A stretch of 61,614 nucleotides of DNA, counting the filler, from Chiloscyllium plagiosum (lineage: Eukaryota), in assembly GCF_004010195.1 (NCBI RefSeq). It is 4 parts of one record of this genome, joined end to end, with 100 filler letters (N's around TTAATTAATTAA, not from the genome) between each part and the next. Parts side by side here need not be neighbours in the genome. Positions count along the whole stretch, not along the records: positions 45,092 to 61,614 come from NC_057717.1; 3 more parts are not named here. One strand, written 5' to 3'. Below are positions 53,880-61,614 of the stretch, piece by piece. Every line of letters begins with the position of its first letter. Within the stretch, counting starts at the first letter, position 1. Both the position numbers and the translations under genes were made by a program. The notes under the pieces were generated by a model, which was given only the letters and a program-made list of their open reading frames with translations, searched no databases and was not told the DNA's origin.

Positions 53880-55135
53880 TACATACCACACCCATGCATT
53901 TATCAATAAACGCGAACTAGATGTCTGTTCAACACCGAGAGCTGTGCAGACCACATCAGTGCATTGTTCTATAACCCCGGACTAGATATCTGTCCAGCAC
54001 TGGGAGCTGTGCAGACCACAGCAGTGCATTGATCTATAACCCCGGACTCGATATCTGTCCAGGACGGGGAGCTATGCAGACAACAGCAGTGCATTGATCT
54101 AAAACCCTGGACGAGATATCTGTCCAGCACGGGGAGCTGTGCAGACCACAGCATTGCATTCATCTATAAACCTGGACTAGATATCTGTTCAGCACCGAGA
54201 GCTATGCAGACCACAGCAGTGCATTGATCTATAACCCCGGACTAGATATCTGCCCAGCACGGGGAGCTGTGCATACCATAGCAGTGCATTGATCTATAAA
54301 GCCGGACTAGATATCTGTCCAGCACGGGGAGCTGTGCAGAACACAGCAGAGACTAATGTGTGAACCTGAAACAAATATCCATCCAGCATGGGAAGCTGCA
54401 CAGATCAGATCAACCAGATAGTCTGCCCAGCACAGCGAACTGCGCAGTGATCACTGGTGAATTAATCTGTAAACCAGGAACGGTTACCCTCCTAGCATAT
54501 AGGACTGTGTACACCACTTCATTGCATTGATCTGTAAACCAGGAAAGTTACACTCCCAGCATATAGGACTGTGTACATCACCCCAGTGCATTGATCTGTA
54601 ACCAAGAAGCTGTTACCCTCCCAGAATGCAGAACTGTGTACACCACCCCAGTGCATTGATCTGTAAACCAGGAGCAGTTCCCCTCCCTGCATGTAGGACT
54701 GCATACCCCACCCCAGTGCATTGATCTGTAAATCAGGAGCAGTTAACCTCCCAGAATGTAGGACTGTGTACCCCACCCCAGTGTATTGATCTGTAAACTA
54801 GGAGCAGATACCCTCCCAGCATGTAGGACTGCGTACCCCACCCCAGTGCATTGATCTGTAAATCAGGAGCAGTTAACCTCCCAGAACCAGGAGCAGTTAA
54901 CCTCCCAGCATGTAGGACTGTGTACCCCACCCCAGTGCATTGATCTGTAAACCAGGAGCAGTTAACCTCCCAGCACGTAGGACTGTGTACCCCACCCCAG
55001 TGCATTGATCTGTAAACTAGGAGCATTTACCCTCCCAGCATGTAGGACGATGTACACCACCCCAGTGCATTGATCTGTAAACCAGGAGCAGTTACCCTCC
55101 TAACATGTCGAGCTGTGTACATCACGTCGGTGCAT
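53880..55135 (+). repeat. 65-bp minisatellite, two successive subtypes
   Basis: Subtype 1 (gcagtgcattgatctataaccccggactagatatctgtccagcac...) runs to ~54350. Subtype 2 (as at 22.7 kb) runs ~54460-55135. Both have period 65. Confidence 0.93.
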
Positions 55136-58100
55136 TGCTAACACTAACAGCAGGGAACTCCCTCCCACTCTCCCTTTCTGTCCTATTCCAGGATAAACAG
55201 CCTGGAATAGGACAGAAAGCGACAAGCTGGTTGCTGGAGTGCCCGATATCCCTTCTCCACCTCTCCCCCCGCCTTCTGGGGAGGACCCTGGTACGAGGTA
55301 GAGCGGACTGGGACGCCTCGTGTGGAGATTCTGAAATATTCACGTCCCACCGACTGAGTAAACAGCAATGTTCAGAGAAGGGGAATTCTCACTTTAAACC
55401 AACTGACAGTTCCGTTCCCCCGACACTACTTAGAAGCCGTGGCACTGATGCCATCTCCCTTTTGTGTCGAGCTGGTACAAATCCCCATGGTCTCAGTGAA
55501 AAAGAGGGTGGGCTCACAACACATCATCATCACCACCTCCCAGGAAGGGAGCACCGAGACTCCCTCCTCCACCTCCTCCTGTAAACACCTCAGATACTGA
55601 AACTAATCTGTGATAGTAACTGCTCTCTCCACTTGACCTGACATCTTCAACAATCTGTGCTCATATACACCAAGCACTCTGTGTTCCTGCAGTCCCTTTA
55701 TAATGGTTTAAACTGCTTTTCTTTTTTAAACTGTCTTTCATTGTCTTTCCTATTAAAGGGCATCACCTCACACTGCTCTGCACTGATCCCCATCTGCCAT
55801 AAACATGAACAATCAACGAGTGATTGTACTGTTAGAGTTTCACACTGTCCTCCATAGACTTCAGAGTTTTTCCAGGTTCGGTGCCATCTACAAACATTGA
55901 GATTGTCATAGTGTCACAGTCCCCATGAAACAACTGAAATCCTGCGACACACACACGAGTGTGAGCAAGTGAAATACTGATATATTCCCACGGACAGAGT
56001 CGAATAATGTCATGCTGACAATGGAGCAACAAAAATCCTGACACACACCAGACGGAGTAGATAAAATATTGACAAACCACAGAGCAAGAGAAATCCGGAT
56101 AGGCTCCACTTATCTATATTCATCAGGGTATAATGTGATGAAGGTGAATGTGTGTACTGTACCTTTCAGAGAGAGTGAATGCTGTTCTGAATTGACAGCT
56201 TTCAAGCACCTGAGATATGAGAGGATGGCAGACCCTAAAACAGTATAAATCTGGAGTCAGGTAAGAAGCAGGTAAGAGAAAGGGAGTCCCAGAGTTGTGA
56301 ATAGTTGATGTAAAATGTTCACTTTCAGAGAGAAAAAAATAAATTGATGTTTTTTATTTAAACAGTGGAATTTGGCAGATCTGTCACTCATATTTTAACA
56401 GTTTACGAGGTAAATTGAGCATTTCTTTATGCTTAATTTAAGTTACCAGATGAGCTTCACGCCGTGTCCTAACCATCCCCGTGTGTGTATCTGTGTGTCT
56501 CTGTGGGGGGGGTCTGTCAGTCTCTGTGGGGCTTAAAGTGATGCAATGCCACCGTCTGCTGGCCACCCCACGCCACTGCACAGACATTGGCAGAGTGTGA
56601 ANNNNNNNNNNNNNNNNNNNNNNNNNNNNNNNNNNNNNNNNNNNNNNNNNNNNNNNNNNNNNNNNNNNNNNNNNNNNNNNNNNNNNNNNNNNNNNNNNNN
56701 NNNNNNNNNNNNNNNNNNNNNNNNNNNNNNNNNNNNNNNNNNNNNNNNNNNNNNNNNNNNNNNNNNNNNNNNNNNNNNNNNNNNNNNNNNNNNNNNNNNN
56801 NNNNNNNNNNNNNNNNNNNNNNNNNNNNNNNNCAGGTCTGGCAGTCTCTGTGGTGCTTAAAGTGATGCAATGTCACCCTCTGCTGGCCTCGCCACGCCAC
56901 TGCACAGGCATTGGCAGAGGGTGAAAACCAACAGGGATCCGTTCAGAGAGGAGGAGGGAGAGGGCAGCTGCTCACAGCACCATCCAAACTGATGTCTTAT
57001 CCATGTACTGATCTAAATGTCCTTTAAACGTTGTAACTGTCCCTGCTTTCACCTCTTCCTTTGGGAGTTCCTTCCACACACAAGCCAGATTCTGTCTAAA
57101 ATAATTACCTCGCAAGACTTTTGTAAATTTTTTTTCCTCGCACCTTAAAATATCCCTGAGTTTTGAATCCCAAACTCTAGGGAAAAGACACCAGCCCTTC
57201 AGCCCTTATTATTTTATAAACCTGTGTAAAGTTACCCCTTAATCTTATACGCTCCAGTGAAAAAGGACCCAGCCTACCCAGCCTCTCTTATCGCTCAATC
57301 CCTCCTCTCCCTGCAACATCCAGTTTAGTCACTCCTGAACCATCTCCAGCTTACTAATATCAAAGTAAATAATATCAAAATGAATAGTCAAGGTATTTTC
57401 TAAGGGTACGGGAGTCCAAAACTAGACGACATCGGCTTAAGGTGAGAGGGGAACATTTAAAAGTGACCTAAGGGGCAGCTTTTTCACCCAGAGGGAGGTG
57501 TGCCTATGGAATGACCGGGCAGAGTGACCAGACTGGACACAGTATTCCAGAAGGGGTCTCACCGATGTCCTGTACAACCTCAACATAACGTTCCAATTCC
57601 TATAATCAAAGGTCTGACCAATGAAGACAAGTGTGCTAAACAACTTCTTAACCACACTAAATGTATGAGATGCAAATTTTAAAGAATTATATCTGACAGT
57701 TAGGTCTCTGTCCGACAACATTGCCAAAGGCAATGTAAAGGTCCTGCTCTTGTTTGATTTAGCAAATCCAATGCCTCGCATTAATCGAAACTAAACTCCA
57801 TCTGCCACCCCTCAGCCCAGTGTGTGATATTACCAGCTCCTCACCTTCCCCGTTTATTTTAAAATGCCCATTCCTCTCCAGGAGGCCTGCACACTCCGAC
57901 CTTGATTTTCACAAATACCCTGAGCTTGGTTTGCCTTGTGTGGTTAGGGGGAGGAGGGACAGATTGCAGACACAGTCATTGGGGAGGAGAGGCTGGACAG
58001 TAATCAGCGGCCTGGTATAGTTTTAGGAAGAGGGCAGTTGCATGTTAGAGTTAAGTAGTACGAATTGTTTTATTTGTGGTCAGAAATTAAGCTCTTCCTT

Positions 58101-58222
58101 CGTCTCTGGTGTTGTGTAATAAATGTCTATTGGAGTCTCTTCATTGGGCAGAGTGTGTCTGCAGGATTTCTGTCCCTAATATTGTAGACTATAGATAATA
58201 GCAATTAAAGATGTTCACAGTT

Positions 58223-59935
58223 ATAGATGTAGGTTTGCTCGCTGAGCTGAAAGGTTCATTTCCAGACGTCTCATTGCCTTACGAGATAACATCTTTAGTG
58301 GAAGATGGATCCAACACACCACACTTCTACGGATTATCCAAAATTCACAAACAAGGCGCCCCCCTCAGACCTATAGTCTTACTACCTGGAAGACCAACTT
58401 ACAGATTGGCCAAGGAGCGTCACCAAAGTCTAAGACACTTAGTAGAAGGCTCACACCGCTCCATCCACTCCACCCAAGAATTCCTGAGCACCATTTAAGA
58501 CACTAAGATAGAAGAGGATGAAATTATGGTCTCCGTTGATGTAACAACCCTGTTTACCTCAATCAACACTAACCTGGCCAAGTAAACACTGACTACACTA
58601 TTGGAAGAACCAAAGACACAGACACCAAACGCCACTAACTTCATCAACAAGGAGAATATCATCGAACTAGTTGACCTATGCCTTACCACTCACTTGGCCT
58701 TCAACAACAAACTTACAGACAAACTAATGGAACACCCATGGGATCTCCGATATCGAAGGTTCTTAGTAGAGGCAGTAATGAAGAGACTTGAGCAAACAGC
58801 TCTGCCAACCATCCAACCCAACCTCTGGATCCGCTATGTGGATGACACCTTTGTCATCACTAAACGAAACAAGTTAGAAGAAACATTCAAGACCATCAAT
58901 AATACCCTTACTGACATAATGTTCACTAAAGAGGAGGAAAACAACAATAAACTGCCATTCCTAGATGTCACAGTAGCGTGTACGGCCAAAGGGGAACTTC
59001 AAACCAGCGTCTACCGAAAAACAACACAAACGGATCAAATATTGAACTACAGAAGCAATCATCGCAATACCCACAAAGGAAGTTGCATCAGAACATTATT
59101 TCAACGAGTCAACACACACTGCAGCACAAAGGTACTACACAGAGCAGAGGAAAATCACTTATTCAGTGTATTAAAAAAGAATGGGTACCCAATGAACACA
59201 GTCCTCCAATTTCTCAGCAACAAACCCAAACAAGCAGACAAAACACGTCCAGAAACCATAGCCACTCTCCCCGACATCAAAGACATCTTGGAAATGACTG
59301 CCAGACTACTCAGACCCCTTGGCATCATTGTAGCCCACAAACACACGAACACACTAAAACAGCAGCTAATGAACTTGAACGACCCTATACAGACAATAAG
59401 CAAAACTAATGCCATTTACAAAATACCGTGCAAGTACTGTAACAATCAATACATTGGACAAACAGGCAGAAAGCTAGGATACATGAACACCAATTAGGCA
59501 CAAAAGGACATGACCTTCTCTCACTAGTATCCTCACATAAAGATTAAGAAGGACACCACTTCGACTGGGACAATACATCCATCCAAGGACAATCCAAACA
59601 AAGGCATGCACGAGAATTCCTAGAAGCATGGCATTCCAACCAGAACTCTATCAACATACACATCGAGGTAGACCCCATTTACCACCCGCTGAGAAAAGGA
59701 ACATGAGGTGACTTCACCACAGGAAATAATATCATCGAAGGAAATGACATCACAAACTCAAAGAAACCCAGATATATAAATAGAAAGCAGAAAGTTTCAG
59801 CATTGCTTTGCATAAAGTCCACTGAAGATGTTACCTAGTAAAGTAATGAAACGTCTGGAAATGAACCTTTCAGCTCAGCGAGCAAACCTACATCCAAATT
59901 CTCAACCTGGGCTACAAATCTTTTAAAAACTCACT
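58223..59935 (+). mobile_element. Penelope-like element with inverted 5' partial pLTR, RT, GIY-YIG and 3' pLTR
   Basis: FYGLSKIHKQGAPLRPIV, RYVDDTF and AIYKIPCKYCNNQYIGQTGR. 58223-58301 is an inverted copy of ~59820-59895. TSD atgttca(c/t)agt. Confidence 0.93.
59819..59858 (+). ncRNA. Minimal hammerhead ribozyme motif in Penelope pLTR
   Basis: cca-CTGAAGA-t-gttac-ctagtaaa-gtaat-GAAAC-GTC-tgg, with helix I cca/tgg and helix II gttac/gtaat. Confidence 0.7.
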
Positions 59936-61149
59936 ATGTTCATAGTGAATTTTGATGGCACAGCATGTGCACTCAACATGCTACAGTTGAAACAAATATC
60001 TTGCACTTGTTTAACAACACGAAGTGTTTTGTGTAGTTCAGTAATGGTAACCTGATTATAATAAATCCACACCGAGCTGAAAGCTGGCACTTTAAATATG
60101 GCAAAAAAATTTGGGTATGGTAGTGTAGTGGGTAGTGTACCTGCCTCTGAACCAGAACTATGGATTTGGTTACAATTCCTGAACTTGTATAATAGTGTTC
60201 CTAGCTCTGGAGTAGCAGGTCTGAATGCAAGGCTTGCCTATTGTGGAGGTATGTCACAGCATGTCAGAACAGGCTGATGAGCAAACACACCTCCGTGCAC
60301 AAAGGTCTCGGTGTAAATCCCACAAATGTGTCTCATCATACCTCAAAACAGTCTGATTAAAATGGATTTAAAATTGTGACTTGATGGAGAAGGAAGAGGT
60401 GTCAGTATTGAATTTCCGAATTTAGGCCCGAGATAACTGAAAGCACAGCTAATCATGTTGATTGGAGTAACATTTCGCAGCAGTAGAGGTTTCTAAAATC
60501 ACAATGGTCATGGATAGGGTGAGTAGTCAGGGGTTTTTCCCCAGGTTAGGGACGTCCAAAACAAGAGGGCATTGGTTTAAAGTGAGAGGGGAAAGGTTTT
60601 GGTGATGTCTTAGGGGCATATTTTCACACAGAGGGTGGTGTGCGCATGGAATGAGCTGCCAGATGAAGTGGTGGAGGCTGGTACAACTCCAGCATGTAAA
60701 AGGCATTTGGATGCTGACAGACCTGCTGAGCTTTTCCAACAATTTCTGTATTTGTTTAAAATCATGCATTAATTTTAACACAGGTATTCTGAATACGTTA
60801 AACATTTTATTTTTTAATGACACAGGGATATATAAACATATCTTCAAATCGTCCGAGACCATTTTCTGCTAAGTCGTATGGCTCTCTGTAAGACAGCAGC
60901 AAAGATGCACCTAAGTGGAGCAGGGAATGTGATGGAAACATAGTTTGGACAATGTACAAGGAAATCTGACATGATCCAGTTTGGAAGAGGATGGCATTAA
61001 TGTGTGATTCAACTCAGAGAGGGAGAAAATGTAATCTGCCTGAGAAGAAAATGCCTATTGCACTTTCTCTCCTTCATTGTTCCTCATCACAGCAATGTGC
61101 GCAACCTAAAAAAAAACCTCGACAGTTATCGTTGCCATTCCTGTTTTTA

Positions 61150-61477
61150 TAGAATTCCTGCAGTGTGCAAACAGGACCTTCGGCACAACATGCACATACC
61201 AACCTTCCAAAGAGTAACCTTCCCAGACCCGTTCCCTATATTTACCCCTGACTAATGTAACTAACCTAAAAATCTCTGAATACCGTGGGCAATTTACCGT
61301 GACCACTCCACCTAACCTGCACAGACTTGGACTGTGTGAGGAAACCGGAGCACCCATTGGAAGCTCACGCAGACAGGGGAGAATGTGCAGACTCCACACA
61401 GATAATCGCCCAAGGCTGGAATCGAACGCAAGTCCCTGGTGCTGTGAAACAGCAGTGCTAGCCACTGAGCCACTGTA
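61150..61477 (-). mobile_element. Older HE1/V-SINE, copy C paralog
   Basis: Near-identical to 44375-44694. Confidence 0.8.
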
Positions 61478-61614
61478 TTACCTTTTGGGCGATCCCTGAC
61501 GAGAATTCATTAAAATCTCCTCACTGTCTAATGCAAAGGGAATTCAGCCAAATCCAGCAGTTCCAGGATGAAATCCCATTGTTAGCAGCTTGTGTGAGTA
61601 GAATGTCTTCAGAA

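Larger units (their letters stand above)
53511..61614 (+). repeat. Segmental duplication block, copy C (runs off window end)
   Basis: Collinear with A and B, and closest to B over most of its length. Confidence 0.92.

Overview
Repeat-dominated, gene-poor eukaryotic DNA, most likely from a shark or other cartilaginous fish. That is inferred from HE1/V-SINE-type and SacSINE-like SINEs plus CR1, Tx1 and Penelope content. I can support no intact host protein-coding gene. Layout: (1) a G-rich ~34-bp minisatellite at 1-1.6 kb; (2) a ~16-kb 30/32-bp satellite with higher-order structure, interrupted by three clean insertions with target-site duplications (a CR1 LINE, a 551-bp solo LTR, and a ~130-bp Penelope-derived element carrying an intact minimal hammerhead ribozyme motif); (3) two tandem Tx1/L1-clade 3' ends; (4) three diverged copies of a ~7.5-8 kb block (~22.2-29.8, ~37.4-45.0, ~53.5-61.6 kb). 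Each block copy carries a 65-bp VNTR, remnants of a spliced Harbinger-type Myb/SANT gene, SINEs and CR1 pieces; two copies also carry a Penelope element. Between the blocks lie Gypsy, LINE, Penelope GIY-YIG and SINE debris and a tRNA-Asp pseudogene. The most notable signals are the recurrent hammerhead-bearing mini-elements (some as inverted pairs), the hidden Myb/SANT pseudogene and the mosaic history of the duplicated block. All calls are by eye and no database searches were run.
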